From contig CAVYGB010000008.1 in the NCBI GenBank assembly GCA_963767925.1, positions 1,536,001 through 1,600,000 on the forward strand: a stretch of DNA of 64,000 bases, read 5' to 3'. Both the position numbers and the translations under genes were made by a program. Source of the DNA: an uncultured delta proteobacterium (GTDB taxonomy: Bacteria; Myxococcota_A; Polyangia; Fen-1088). Position 1 is the stretch's first letter. Every line of letters starts with the position of its first letter. The notes beneath the pieces were generated by a model. The model was not told where the DNA came from. It did no database searches and was given only the letters and a program-made list of their open reading frames with translations. Of the stretch, positions 40,200 through 50,832 are shown in pieces.

Positions 40200-40829
40200 T
40201 CAGTCGACGACGCCGTCGAAGAAGTCGACCTCGCCGGTCTCGAGGTCGTACTCCGCACCGACGATCGACAGCCGGCGGTCGGAGATGAGCTGCTCGAGCA
40301 GGGGAGAGCCGCGCAGGTGATTGGCCGAGGCGACGACGTTGGCCCGCACCGCCTCCCGGATGAGGGCGTTGCGCTCGCGGGGCCGACCGGTCTTCATGAG
40401 CGGCTCGACCGAGGGAACCACCCGGTCGACGATGGCGCGCAGGTTGCGCGACTCGTTCGCTCCGGGGGACTCGAGGCTCTCGAGGGTGGCCAGGATGACT
40501 CCACACTGCGAGTGGCCCATGACCACCACCAGCCGGGTTCCGTACCGGGCGGCCGCGAACTCGATGCTGCCGACCTGGGAAGGCGCGACGATGTTGCCCG
40601 CCACCCGGATGACGAAGAGGTCTCCCAGCCCTTGATCGAAGACCATCTCGGCCGGGACCCGCGAGTCGGAGCAGCCGAGCACGGTGGCGAAGGGCTGCTG
40701 GGCAGCCGCCAGCTCGGCCCGGCGGGTGTGGCTGAGCAGGGAGTCCAGGCTCCGCACGTTGCCGGCGAACCGACGGTTTCCCTCACGCAGGCGAAGCAAC
40801 GCCTCCTTGGCCGAGATCTGGGGGGTCAC
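40200..40829 (-). CDS. Beta-class carbonic anhydrase
   Basis: 'CSDSRV', 'RVAGN', 'GHSQCG'. Confidence 0.92.
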   Translation of the reverse strand: MTPQISAKEALLRLREGNRRFAGNVRSLDSLLSHTRRAELAAAQQPFATVLGCSDSRVPAEMVFDQGLGDLFVIRVAGNIVAPSQVGSIEFAAARYGTRLVVVMGHSQCGVILATLESLESPGANESRNLRAIVDRVVPSVEPLMKTGRPRERNALIREAVRANVVASANHLRGSPLLEQLISDRRLSIVGAEYDLETGEVDFFDGVVD

Positions 40830-41086
40830 GGCCGCGGAACGTACCACGGTCCCCGCCCAGCAGGACCCCGTCCGCGCCGATGCCGCCCTGCCCTCTTGTT
40901 CGCGCTGCGCAAACTCCGGAGGTGGTCGGGGCCACATGATGCCGGCGTTTCCGTCACGTGTCTCCGTCGCTGCGACGGTGCTGGTGGCGGCCGGCCCGGC
41001 TGCGGCGACCGGCGAGGCCCACCGGCGACGGAGCGCGGCTCGGGGTCCGAATCGGGTGCTGTCCGGAGTAAGGTGCGGGCTCGAAC

Positions 41087-41467
41087 ATGCGCCTCATCTG
41101 GATCGGCCTCGGCGGCGCCGCCGGCACCGTGGCCCGTCACCTGGTCGGCCTGGCCGCGCAGAGGCTGCTGGGCACCGGCTTTCCCTACGGCACCCTCTTC
41201 GTCAACGCCCTGGGCTCGTTCCTCCTCGCCATCGTCATGCACGCCGGTCTCACCAGAGGGCTGATCTCGCCCGAGCTGCGCACGGTCCTCGGAACCGGCG
41301 TGCTCGGCGGGTTCACGACCTACTCGAGCTTCAACCAGGAGACCCTCGGGTTTCTCGTGCGTGGGTCGATCCTCTCGGCGATTGCCAACGTCTCGATGAC
41401 CGTGGTTGTGTGCCTGCTGTCGGGTGGTGTCGGCTTGTGGCTGGCCCGTTCCTGGTTCGGACCCTGA
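41087..41467 (+). CDS. crcB: Fluoride efflux channel FluC/CrcB
   Basis: 'GGAAG..AR', 'FPYGTLFVN..GSF', 'GGFTTYSSF'. Confidence 0.92.
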   Translation: MRLIWIGLGGAAGTVARHLVGLAAQRLLGTGFPYGTLFVNALGSFLLAIVMHAGLTRGLISPELRTVLGTGVLGGFTTYSSFNQETLGFLVRGSILSAIANVSMTVVVCLLSGGVGLWLARSWFGP

Positions 41468-41630
41468 ACGGGGCTGCAGCAGCGACATATCCAACACTCG
41501 ACTCTCGGGTGCTTATCGTCTAGAAGCGACCTGGCCAGGGCCTGATCGGGGGGCCTGGCTACGGGGCCGGGTGGCGGTGTGGAGGGCGGGCGGGAGCTCG
41601 GCGTTTTCAGTCATCAACGAGGTGGCCTCC

Positions 41631-43928
41631 ATGTGGTCAGCGATCGGGTTCGAGTGTTCGAGCAAGCGGCGGGGCTGGATGACCTCTCTCGGCGCGTCCC
41701 TTCCTTCTGCCCTGGCCCTTGTCGTCCTCGCCGCAGCCGCGCCCGCGGCGGCCCAGGTGGTGACGACCTCACCCGACGAGGAGCCGCCGCCCGCCGAGGA
41801 AGCCAACGATTCCCGACAGGCCAGCGTGCCGGGCATGGCGCCGCTGTCGCTCGGAGAGCTGCTCGACCCCAGCATCACGACGGCCTCGCGGACCCTCGAG
41901 CGAGCCACCGAGGCCCCGGCGACGGTCTACGTCATCACCAGCGGAGACATCCGCGCCCGCGGTTACTCCAACCTGACCGACGTGCTCAAGGACCTGCCCG
42001 GCATGGAGACGGTCGAGCAGTACTACTCGGAGCAAGGGACCCTGGTCCCGGTCCGGGGCGTCGTCGGGAACAACAAGATCGTTCTCCTCGTCAACGGCAT
42101 GCGGGTCAACCCGCCCGGAGGAGAAGAGCTGGTCATCCGCAGCGACGTCAACGTGCGCTTCGCCGATCAGATCGAGGTCATCTACGGCCCCGGCTCGACC
42201 CTCTACGGGCAGGACGCCATCAGCGCCGTCATCAACATCAAGACCCGCCGCCCCGGCGACGCCACCGTCGAGGTGATGAGCGGTTACGGCCTCTACGACA
42301 CGAAGGAGGCCTACGCCTCGTTCGCCCACACCTTCTTCCGGCAGTCCGACCTGCCGGTCTCGGTGACGGCCTACGCCGCCGGCCGGGACTCCGACCTCAG
42401 CAACTTCCGCCAGGACTTCCCCGAGTGGTGGCAGAAGTACGACAACTACCTGGGCCCGATCAACCGCGCGGGACCACCCGTCCGGGGCGACTTCGGCCTC
42501 AACGCTTTCGCCCGGCTGGAGTCGCGCCATACCTCGTTGCAGGCCTGGTACCGGGAGAGCGACCGCAGCAGCTCCGAAGGCAGCGGCGAGGGGGGGCCCA
42601 GCCCGGTCCTCTTCTTCGTGCCCGAGGCGCGCTGGCGCGACCGCACCCTGGTGGTCGAGGGGCAGAACGCCCTCAGCTTCTCGGACTCGATCACCCTGCA
42701 CTCCATCCTCACCTACAACCGCTACGAGATGGCCCCCGAGTCGCGCTACGTGTTCCCCAACGGCATGGGGAACCTGTTCCTCAACGACTTCAAGTACGCC
42801 ATCGGCACGAGCGCCTCGGCCGAAGGGAAGCTCGACGTCCAGGTCACCCAGTCCTCCCGCTTGATGATCGGGGCCCTGGTCAGTAACTACGACATCGTCC
42901 CCAAGACCACCGTTCCCGGCGGCGCCAACCCGCGCGGCGACGTGGTCACCCAGGCCGGCACCCTGGTCTATTTCACCGAGCCCAACAACCCCGACTCGCG
43001 CGTCGCCCTCAACCGCACGGTCAACCTCCAGTACCAGCAGTTCGGGGCGTACATCGAGGGGGCCCACAACTTCAACCAGCACCTGCGCCTGATCGGCGGC
43101 GTCCGGCTCGACACGAACACCCGCTTCAGCGAGGTGCCCATCAGCCCGCGCGCCGCCCTCATCGTGAACGGCTTCGGCGGACGGCTCACCTTGAAGTACG
43201 TCTTCTCGATGGCCTACGTCGCCCCCGCGCCCTACTACTCGTACAACATCTTCGACAACGGGGTGCAGATCGGAACCGGCAACACCGACCTCAGCCCCGA
43301 GCGGGCCCGGTCGAACGAGGCCAACATCACCTGGCGGACCGAGTACCTGCTCCTGAGCGGCAGCGCCTACTACAACCAGCAGTCCGACCTCCTGATCACC
43401 AGCCAGTCGGAGGCGCCCGAGACGGTCATTGCCCCCCTCGTCTTCGTCAATCCCGACGGCACGGGCAACCGCCGGCTCGCCCACTCGGTCAACCTGGGGT
43501 CGAGCAACGGCATGGGCTTCGACCTCTTCTTCCGCTTCAGCACGGCCGTCCTCTCCGGCTGGGGCTCCTACTCCTACGTCGACTTCAAGCGCACCCTGGG
43601 CGCGGTGGTCTCGGGGCTGCCCCAGATCTCCCGGCACAACGTTCGCGCCGGAGCCACCCTGGTCCTCTTCGACAAGTTCTCGATCACCCCCAGCCTGGTG
43701 CTGCGCTCCACCCCCGAGAACCTGACCGACACCTACCGGAACACCGGGGTGAGCCTGCAACGCCCCTACGAGATCAACCTCAACGCGCTCTTCAGCCCGG
43801 TCGCTCCGCTCGACATCTTCGTGACCGTGCGGAACGCGACCTTCCAGCGCTACGCCTTGCGTGGGATCTCCGGTCCCGCCATCCAGGAGCCACGCTGGGT
43901 GCTGGGCGGCCTCCACTTTCGCTACTGA
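41631..43928 (+). CDS. TonB-dependent receptor
   Basis: Plug motifs 'TTASRT...APATVYVIT', 'IEVIYGPGSTLYG..A...VINI'; 'LSPER'; terminal 'FRY'; start may be 41679. Confidence 0.9.
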   Translation: MWSAIGFECSSKRRGWMTSLGASLPSALALVVLAAAAPAAAQVVTTSPDEEPPPAEEANDSRQASVPGMAPLSLGELLDPSITTASRTLERATEAPATVYVITSGDIRARGYSNLTDVLKDLPGMETVEQYYSEQGTLVPVRGVVGNNKIVLLVNGMRVNPPGGEELVIRSDVNVRFADQIEVIYGPGSTLYGQDAISAVINIKTRRPGDATVEVMSGYGLYDTKEAYASFAHTFFRQSDLPVSVTAYAAGRDSDLSNFRQDFPEWWQKYDNYLGPINRAGPPVRGDFGLNAFARLESRHTSLQAWYRESDRSSSEGSGEGGPSPVLFFVPEARWRDRTLVVEGQNALSFSDSITLHSILTYNRYEMAPESRYVFPNGMGNLFLNDFKYAIGTSASAEGKLDVQVTQSSRLMIGALVSNYDIVPKTTVPGGANPRGDVVTQAGTLVYFTEPNNPDSRVALNRTVNLQYQQFGAYIEGAHNFNQHLRLIGGVRLDTNTRFSEVPISPRAALIVNGFGGRLTLKYVFSMAYVAPAPYYSYNIFDNGVQIGTGNTDLSPERARSNEANITWRTEYLLLSGSAYYNQQSDLLITSQSEAPETVIAPLVFVNPDGTGNRRLAHSVNLGSSNGMGFDLFFRFSTAVLSGWGSYSYVDFKRTLGAVVSGLPQISRHNVRAGATLVLFDKFSITPSLVLRSTPENLTDTYRNTGVSLQRPYEINLNALFSPVAPLDIFVTVRNATFQRYALRGISGPAIQEPRWVLGGLHFRY

Positions 43929-44258
43929 TTGGCGTTCATGTGGGTGTCGAGCCCACCCGCAGGAACGCCTCGAGCCGGCGCGATCGATGCGCGTGTGCGA
44001 AGGCCCTCTCGAAGGCCGCGAGCGAAGTCAAGGAGGGCGCGGGTCGATGAGCGCTGCGCTTCTCGGGCTGCGCGAGCACAGCGCGCAGGTGATGACGGGT
44101 AAGGTAAAGTAACTGATCTGACACCGGATCAGGTCTCCAACGATGACGCCGGTGTACGGCGTGAAGGTGATCGCTAGGGAGCAAGCTTGACCAGTGTGTG
44201 GCGCTGTACTTATTATGCGACCACTTTTTACCACCCCCCCAAGCGGAGGCTCTGCGGA

Positions 44259-44834
44259 ATGCTTAAGCACAGCCGGCAGGTTCAGCGTCTGATGTTTCTG
44301 TTCGCAATCGCGGGTCTGTTCGCCGTCACGGCGGACTTTGCGTGTCTCGAGGATGTGTGTGCCGATTCGCAAACAGGTGCCTATCGCACGATGGGCGATA
44401 TCGCCAAGGAGCGGATCCGGACGCTGGACGAAGCGCTGTCTGAAAACGGTGTGACCCTCACGCCGGATCAGCGCCAAGCCCTCGACCGGAACGGCCAGCT
44501 CCTCGGTCTCGTGAAGCTCGACCGGCCGGTCAAGCACCCCAACGGAAAGGTCGAGATGGCGGCGGACTGGCTGCCGGCCATCCCCGAGGGCCACCCCTGG
44601 CGCAAGACCCTCACCCCGTCCGACGACGCCTTCTACTCGTTCGTCGAGGAGCGGATCTTCCGGTCCAAGCTCTACGACCCGGCGAACCCCGAGCACCAGA
44701 AGGCGGCAGAGGCTTACCTCGCCAAGGTCGCCTCGAGCAACTCGGAGTTCATCGGCTGGACGGCCGAGTCGCGCACCGAGTGCGAGAAGATCAAAGCCGA
44801 CGCCGCCGGCTCCGGCCTCGTCGACGCCATGTAA
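44259..44834 (+). CDS. Hypothetical exported protein
   Basis: Open frame with signal-like N-terminus; no family recognised. Confidence 0.5.
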   Translation: MLKHSRQVQRLMFLFAIAGLFAVTADFACLEDVCADSQTGAYRTMGDIAKERIRTLDEALSENGVTLTPDQRQALDRNGQLLGLVKLDRPVKHPNGKVEMAADWLPAIPEGHPWRKTLTPSDDAFYSFVEERIFRSKLYDPANPEHQKAAEAYLAKVASSNSEFIGWTAESRTECEKIKADAAGSGLVDAM

Positions 44835-44861
44835 CGGAAGCGGCCGGGGGCTCGCTCCCGG

Positions 44862-46670
44862 TCAGCGACCCAGGGAACGCGCGCGCTGCTGAGCAGCGCG
44901 CGCGTTCTCCAGTCTTCCGGCCCGCTCGTACAGGGCCCCGAGTTGTTTCCAGCCGTCGATGGACTCCGGGACCTGGTCCAGAAGCTCTTGCAGCAGATGG
45001 ATGGCCCGTTCCAGCTCCCCGCGAGTTGCCAGTGCCCGCGCGGCGTTGAGCCACGGCCAATCGAAGCGCGGGTCGAGCCTGCGCGACAGGGCGAAGCGCC
45101 CCAGCGCCTCGTCGGTCCGACCGAGCTCGAGCTCGACGAAGCCGAGGTTGTTGAGGATCTGCGCGCGGTGGTGAGGCGGAGGCCCGTCGGCCAGCGCGCG
45201 ACCGAGCTGGACGTGGGCGCCCGCAAGGTCCCCCTGACCCAGCAGCACCAGGCCGTAGGTCTGGCGGGCGTGGAAGTCGTCGCCGAGGGCGAGCGCGCGC
45301 TGGGACGCCAGCAGCGCCGGCAAGGTCTGGCCGGCCCGCAGGTTCGCGGTGGCCAGCCCGAGCCAGGCTCGCTGTGACCCGGGAGCGGCGGCCGTGGCGG
45401 CGGTGAAGAGCGCCAGATCGGTCCGCCAGATGCGTCCCTGGCGCAAGGTACGCAGACCCAGTCCGAGGATGCCCGCGGTGGCGACGAGGGCGAGCGCCGG
45501 GACCTCCAGGAGGGCGATCCGGCGGAGAGAGGGAAAGCGGGTGGTGACGGCCGCCAGCGCGCTGACCGCGGCGAGGGCGAGCCCCAGGGTCGGCAGGTAG
45601 AAGTACCGGTCGGCGCGCGGGTTGGTCAGCGGCACCAGGCCGAGGTTGGGCAGGTAAGCGACGACCGCCCAGAGCAGGCCCAGGGCGCACCAGGGGGCCC
45701 GGCGCCGCAAGAGCCAGCCCCCGGCCACCATCGACCCGATCGCGCCGCCACCAAGGAGCAGGGGAAGCCAGCCGGCGTGCTCCCCCGGGTCCGGATATTC
45801 GGGAGCCAGACGGGCTGGCCAGAGGAACTGCCCCACGCCCTGTAACAAGACGAGCGCCCCCTGCCCGATCCGGTCGACCCCCTCGGCGTGCTGGTGGCCG
45901 ACCTCGGCGGTGCGGCTCACCTCGCCCGGACCCCCGATCGCCCACCACCGCCAGGCAAAGACGACCAGGGCGGCCGCCACGAGGAGCAAGGGGTCGAGCC
46001 AGCGGCGCTTGCTGTCCGCCTGGGGAGGCCGGCAGAGGTCGACAACGACCAGCAGCACGCCGGCCAGGTAGGCGTTCTCCTTGGCCCAGCACCCGAGCAA
46101 CACCGCCAGGAAGGCGGCGGTCCGGAAGGCGGCCGCCCGCGGCCAGCGAGCCCCGGACGGCGGAGTCCGTGCGGCCTCGACCGCCGCCAGCGCGAGCAGC
46201 ACGAAGAAGGCGGCCAGCAGATCCTCGCGGTAGTTGACGGCCGACACCACCTCGACGTTGAGCGGATGCACCGCCACCAGGGCCGCCGCCGCCAGGGGAA
46301 CCGCCAGCGACCCTTGCAGCCGCACGAGCGCCAGGAAAAGCAGGATCACCACCGCCGCGTGCCAGGCGACGTTCTGCAGGTGGTAGCCGCGCGGATCGAG
46401 CCCCCACAGGGCGTGGTCGAGCATCTCGCTCGCCAGGATGGTGGGTCGCCCGGCGTCGGGTGCGCCGGCCGCCGCCAGCTCCGATCCGAGCAGCCGGCCC
46501 AGGTTCGCTGGATCCCGGATCACCGGGTTGCTCACCACCGTCCAGCTGTCGTCGTAGACGAAGCCGTTGGCCAGGCTGGGCCCGTGAAACAGCGCCACCC
46601 CCAGCAGGAGGGCCAGCCCGGCCCAGGCCAGCAGGCCCGCCCCGGGCGAACCGCTGGCCGGGGCGGTCAC
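44862..46670 (-). CDS. TMTC-like (GT-C membrane domain plus TPR repeats) putative protein glycosyltransferase
   Basis: 'FVYDD', 'YHLQNVAWH', 'HPLNVEVVS..NYREDLL', 'KENAY', 'ADRYFYLP', C-terminal TPRs. Confidence 0.8.
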   Translation of the reverse strand: MTAPASGSPGAGLLAWAGLALLLGVALFHGPSLANGFVYDDSWTVVSNPVIRDPANLGRLLGSELAAAGAPDAGRPTILASEMLDHALWGLDPRGYHLQNVAWHAAVVILLFLALVRLQGSLAVPLAAAALVAVHPLNVEVVSAVNYREDLLAAFFVLLALAAVEAARTPPSGARWPRAAAFRTAAFLAVLLGCWAKENAYLAGVLLVVVDLCRPPQADSKRRWLDPLLLVAAALVVFAWRWWAIGGPGEVSRTAEVGHQHAEGVDRIGQGALVLLQGVGQFLWPARLAPEYPDPGEHAGWLPLLLGGGAIGSMVAGGWLLRRRAPWCALGLLWAVVAYLPNLGLVPLTNPRADRYFYLPTLGLALAAVSALAAVTTRFPSLRRIALLEVPALALVATAGILGLGLRTLRQGRIWRTDLALFTAATAAAPGSQRAWLGLATANLRAGQTLPALLASQRALALGDDFHARQTYGLVLLGQGDLAGAHVQLGRALADGPPPHHRAQILNNLGFVELELGRTDEALGRFALSRRLDPRFDWPWLNAARALATRGELERAIHLLQELLDQVPESIDGWKQLGALYERAGRLENARAAQQRARSLGR

Positions 46671-48214
46671 GGCCTGGCTCCCGCTGGAAGGTCCTCGCCG
46701 GGCGTCGAGAAGGAGCGCAGGGCGCCCAGCCCGAGCAGCCACAGGAGCAGCAGCGGCAGCAAGCTCGTGGGCCCGCGCAAGCCGAGCAGCATCCCGCCGT
46801 TGAGCGATCCCGGCAGGATGGCCACCTTGCCCGCGAGCAGGTTCTCGTAGACGTGGTCGACGAGGACATCGTCTCCGAAGGGAACCAGGGGGGTCACCGC
46901 CACCGCCCCGATCTGGTTGATCACGGACACCGCCCCCAGGACGACGAGCAGCCCGCCCAGCGCCCCCCGAAGCCACGCCCGGTCGCCCGGCGACCCGACC
47001 CAGAGCAGGCCGAGGGCGAGAAACCCCAGCGCCGGCACCACGTGCCGGGGACCCAGCGCCGCCCCACCCCACCACATGTAATAGCCGGCCGACATCAGCA
47101 GGAAGCTGACCACCACCGCCACCGCCAGCGCCGCCTCGGCGCGTGTCTTCCGGGCGGCCAGCGCGCGCCCGAGCCCGACGAAGCCGAGCAGCAGCACCGG
47201 TGAAAGATAGAGCAAGCCCCGCGATCGCCCCAGCAACATGCCCACCAGCGCGCCGGGCCGCGGCCAGGAGACGCCCAGCACGCCCTGGCCCATCCCCTCG
47301 GCGAAGCGGGGGTTGCTCAGGTGGCCGTAGCCGGTTGACAGCGGACTCCCGAACGCCGCGAGCTGGTAACCGGCCAGCAGGATCAACGGAGGCGCCAGAC
47401 CGAGCGCGATCCACCCGACCCCCCGGACCCGCTGGCCCTGCGGCAGGCGTCCGATCGCGTAGACCCCGAGCGCCGCCAGGCCCAGTCCGGCCGGCAGCTC
47501 GCACAGGACCGCCAGGCCCAGCAGCGCGCCGGCGCCAGCCAGACGGCGCGCGCCCCAGGTCTCCTGGCCGGCCTCCTGGAACAAAGGACTCAGCAGCAGG
47601 AAGGCGCCGAACAGGGCGGTGCCCGCGAGGACATGGCCGAAGAACATGGTGCTGTAGGCGAAGACCGGCGTGCCCAGGGCCAGCGCGGCGGTCTGGACGA
47701 GGGCCCACCCGAGGGGGACGGCCGCGCGGGCCAGGGCCAGGAAAAACAGCACCCCCAGCGCGGTACCGGCGAGCACGTTCGTCGACAGGTTGCACAGGTA
47801 GACCGCCCGACGAAAGGTGGCGTTCAGGAACATCCGCTCGCCGGCCACCTCCGGGCGGCCGCCCGGCCTCCCCCGCAGCACCGATTCGGGGACCGCCTGC
47901 GGCAGCGGGGCCCCGGTCATCCGCAGCCAGCCGTAATAGGCGGCGTAGGCGGGGACCGCCAGCAGCGCCGCCCCCGGCGCCTTGTCGCTGTAGTAGTGGC
48001 CCAGCCGGAAGGCCTTGTCCTCGGTGTTGCGGTGGTAGGGGTCGATGTCCAGGCGCTGCCGTTCGACCAGCGACCGCACCAGGTCGAAGCGGGAGGATTC
48101 GTTCCAGGCCGGCGCGGGCAGAAAGTAGGCGTAGGTCGAGAACAGGAGCAACGCCAGCAGGGCCGCCTGGGACTTCAGGCCAGGGGGGCGCGCGGCGGGC
48201 TCGCGGTCAGCCAC
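46667..48214 (-). CDS. Polytopic membrane protein, putative GT-C glycosyltransferase
   Basis: About 11 hydrophobic segments; acidic first loop 'NESSR..EDKA..YYSDKAPG', 'GLLYLSP', 'GGAALGPRH'. Confidence 0.6.
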   Translation of the reverse strand: MADREPAARPPGLKSQAALLALLLFSTYAYFLPAPAWNESSRFDLVRSLVERQRLDIDPYHRNTEDKAFRLGHYYSDKAPGAALLAVPAYAAYYGWLRMTGAPLPQAVPESVLRGRPGGRPEVAGERMFLNATFRRAVYLCNLSTNVLAGTALGVLFFLALARAAVPLGWALVQTAALALGTPVFAYSTMFFGHVLAGTALFGAFLLLSPLFQEAGQETWGARRLAGAGALLGLAVLCELPAGLGLAALGVYAIGRLPQGQRVRGVGWIALGLAPPLILLAGYQLAAFGSPLSTGYGHLSNPRFAEGMGQGVLGVSWPRPGALVGMLLGRSRGLLYLSPVLLLGFVGLGRALAARKTRAEAALAVAVVVSFLLMSAGYYMWWGGAALGPRHVVPALGFLALGLLWVGSPGDRAWLRGALGGLLVVLGAVSVINQIGAVAVTPLVPFGDDVLVDHVYENLLAGKVAILPGSLNGGMLLGLRGPTSLLPLLLLWLLGLGALRSFSTPGEDLPAGARP

Positions 48215-48941
48215 GTCCCTTGGGGATGGCGAGACGAAGTCGCCAGACGAGCGTGAGGGCCTCGAGGAAGATCGACCCCGTCATCTTGGACTGCCCGACC
48301 CGGCGATCGACGAACAGGATCGGCACCTCGACCGCCCGGAAGCCGTTGCGCAGGGTCCGGTAGGTCATCTCGATCTGGAACCCGTAGCCCTTGGCGCCGA
48401 CCGCGCCGAGGTCGATTCCCCGCAGGGTCCCGGCACGCCAGGCCTTGAAGCCGGCCGTCAGGTCCTGCACCCCGATCCCCAGCGCCAGCCGCGCGTAGAG
48501 GCCTCCGCCCCGGCTGACGATCTTGCGCCCCAGGCCCCAGTTCTGGGTGCCGCCACCGGCGGTGTAGCGCGAGCCGATGGCGAGGTCGGCGCCCGCGTCC
48601 AGCGCCGCAAGCAGCCGGGGGACGTCAGCGGGATCGTGGGAGAAGTCGGCGTCCATCTGGACGATGCGCTCCCAGCCTTCCTCCAGGCCCGCCCGGAAGG
48701 CGTGCAAGTAGGCCGCGCCCAAACCTTCCTTGCCATGGCGATGCAACACGCGCACCTGGGGATCTTGCCCCGCGAGCCCATCGGCGAGCTGGCCCGTTCC
48801 GTCGGGCGAGTTGTCATCGACGACGAGGATGGTGGCCGCCGGAACCGCGGCCCGGACCGCCTTGACGATGTCCGGGAGGATCTCCCGCTCGTTGTAGGTG
48901 GGGATCACGATCAGCGTGCGCGGCGTCGAGGGCGGCGTCAT
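48207..48941 (-). CDS. Polyprenol-monophosphate sugar synthase (DPM1/Ppm1-like GT2)
   Basis: 'IPTYNE', 'VDDNSPDGT', 'QMDADFSH', 'GSRY', 'GYGFQIEM'. Confidence 0.9.
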   Translation of the reverse strand: MTPPSTPRTLIVIPTYNEREILPDIVKAVRAAVPAATILVVDDNSPDGTGQLADGLAGQDPQVRVLHRHGKEGLGAAYLHAFRAGLEEGWERIVQMDADFSHDPADVPRLLAALDAGADLAIGSRYTAGGGTQNWGLGRKIVSRGGGLYARLALGIGVQDLTAGFKAWRAGTLRGIDLGAVGAKGYGFQIEMTYRTLRNGFRAVEVPILFVDRRVGQSKMTGSIFLEALTLVWRLRLAIPKGRG

Positions 48942-49831
48942 GGCGTGCCGGTCGGGGCGGTGGTGACCGCTTCGCTAGCCAGGTAGGCCCGAGCCTGCTC
49001 TTGCCAGGGAAACGTCTCGAGCCCCAGGGCGCCCAGCCGGCCGCTGACCAGCACGGCCCGACGGGGACGGGCCGCCCGCAGCTTGAGGGCCGTGCCGGCG
49101 ACCGCCTCGACGGCCGCCCCCGGGATGCCGGCCGCGCCGGCCAGGAAACGGGCGAAGTCGGCCCAGGTCGTCTCGCCCCGGGCGGTGGCGTGGTAGAGGC
49201 CAAAGTCCTCGCGCACGGCCAGCCGCAAAGAGAGGTCGGCCACCGTGCCCACCCAGGTCGGCGAGACCCGCCGCTCGTTGTCGGCCCGGATGGCCTCGCC
49301 GGCGCGCAGGCGCCGCAGGAGGGTGGAGGGGAAGTTTCGCCCGCCCCGACCGTACAGGCAGCCGACCCGCACCACGAAGGCGCGCGGCAAGACGTCCAGC
49401 ACCCGCCTCTCCCCCTCGAGCTTGCTGCGGCCATAGGCCGACAGCGGCGAGGGGGGGACGCTCTCGTCGTAGGGGGTCTCGCGCTCGCCGTCGAACACGA
49501 AGTCGGTCGAATAGTGCACCAGCCGGGCCCCCACCCGGCCGGCGGCGCGGGCCAGCACCTCGGGCCCTTCGGCGTTGGCGGCGAACGCCGCGGCCTGGTT
49601 GTCCTCGGCGCCGTCGACGTCGGTGTAAGCGGCGGCGTTGAACACCAGATCGGGGCGCAGCCGATCGAGCATCTCGGTCACCAGCCCGGCGTTGGTGATG
49701 TCGCCTTCACCACGTCCCCGGGGCGCCGCCACCAGCTCGAGGCCGCCCGCCGGCAGGCGGGCCACCAGCGCCTGCCCCAGCAGGCCTCCGGCGCCGAAGA
49801 GGACGACCCTCGGGCTCCTGGCCGTGCTCAT
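48938..49831 (-). CDS. rfbD: dTDP-4-dehydrorhamnose reductase
   Basis: 'GAGGLLG', 'NAAAYTDVD', 'STDFVFDG', 'YGRSK'. Confidence 0.85.
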   Translation of the reverse strand: MSTARSPRVVLFGAGGLLGQALVARLPAGGLELVAAPRGRGEGDITNAGLVTEMLDRLRPDLVFNAAAYTDVDGAEDNQAAAFAANAEGPEVLARAAGRVGARLVHYSTDFVFDGERETPYDESVPPSPLSAYGRSKLEGERRVLDVLPRAFVVRVGCLYGRGGRNFPSTLLRRLRAGEAIRADNERRVSPTWVGTVADLSLRLAVREDFGLYHATARGETTWADFARFLAGAAGIPGAAVEAVAGTALKLRAARPRRAVLVSGRLGALGLETFPWQEQARAYLASEAVTTAPTGTP

Positions 49832-50832
49832 GTCCGCGGTGCCCTCCCCGCGAGCGAGCTGCGCACGTCCTCTTCGTCGGCGCGAACCATCATCGTGATG
49901 AGCTCCTGGAAGGTCACCCGGGGTTTCCAGCCCAGCTTGCGCTGCGCCTTGCTCGCGTCCCCGCGCAGGTGGTCGACCTCGGTCGGGCGGAAGTACCGGG
50001 GATCCACCTTCACGTAGTCCTTCCAGTCCAGATCGAGGGTGCCGAAGGCGAGGTCGAGGACGTCGCGGATGGAGTGCGACTCACCGGTGGCAATGACGTA
50101 GTCGTCGGGCTCGGGCTGCTGCAACATGAGCCACATCGCCTCCACGTAGTCGCCGGCGAACCCCCAGTCGCGGCGGGCGTCGAGGTTGCCCAGGAAGAGC
50201 GTGCTGTCGAGGCCGTGTTTGATGCGCGCCGCCGCCCGGGTGATCTTGCGGGTGACGAAGGGGATGCCCCGCCGGGGGGACTCGTGGTTAAAGAGGATCC
50301 CGCAGCAGATGTGGAGCTGGTAGGCCTCGCGGTAGTTCTGACAGAGCTGGTGGGCGAACAGCTTGGCGCAGGCGTAGGGGCTGCGCGGGCGCAGGGCGGT
50401 CTCCTCGTTCTGGGGCGGCGGGGAGGACCCGAACATCTCGCTCGAGGAGGCCTGGTAAAACCGGCAGCTCGCTCCCATCTCGCGGATGGCCTCCAGCAGC
50501 CGGAGGGTCCCCATGGCCACCGAGGAGACCGTGTATTCGGGCACGTCGAAGCTGACCCGCACATGGCTCTGGGCGCCGAGGTTGTAGATCTCGTCGGGCC
50601 GGATGCTCTTGACCAGGTTGGAGAGCGAGCTGCCGTCTTCCAGATCCCCGTAGACCAGGCGCAGCCGATAATCGGCGCTGTGGGGATCCTGGTAGACATG
50701 GTCGAGCCGCTCGGTGTTGAGCGAGCTGGACCGGCGGACCACGCCGTAGACCTCGTACCCCTTGGCCAGCAGCAGCTCGGCCAGGTAAGAGCCGTCCTGG
50801 CCCGTGATCCCGGTGATGAGCGCCTTCTTCAC
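49828..50832 (-). CDS. gmd: GDP-mannose 4,6-dehydratase
   Basis: '[14 protein letters not shown]', 'AQSHVRVSF', 'QASSSE', 'FNHESPRRG'. Confidence 0.95.
   Translation of the reverse strand: MKKALITGITGQDGSYLAELLLAKGYEVYGVVRRSSSLNTERLDHVYQDPHSADYRLRLVYGDLEDGSSLSNLVKSIRPDEIYNLGAQSHVRVSFDVPEYTVSSVAMGTLRLLEAIREMGASCRFYQASSSEMFGSSPPPQNEETALRPRSPYACAKLFAHQLCQNYREAYQLHICCGILFNHESPRRGIPFVTRKITRAAARIKHGLDSTLFLGNLDARRDWGFAGDYVEAMWLMLQQPEPDDYVIATGESHSIRDVLDLAFGTLDLDWKDYVKVDPRYFRPTEVDHLRGDASKAQRKLGWKPRVTFQELITMMVRADEEDVRSSLAGRAPRT

Noticed and set aside
40830..41086. Fluoride riboswitch upstream of crcB
   Set aside because: Could not find the conserved GGCGATGG..TTCGCC / TGATGAC pattern by eye; needs a covariance-model search
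41468..41630. Cobalamin riboswitch before the TonB receptor
   Set aside because: No B12-box or GGGAA/CCCGCAACTGT-like elements seen
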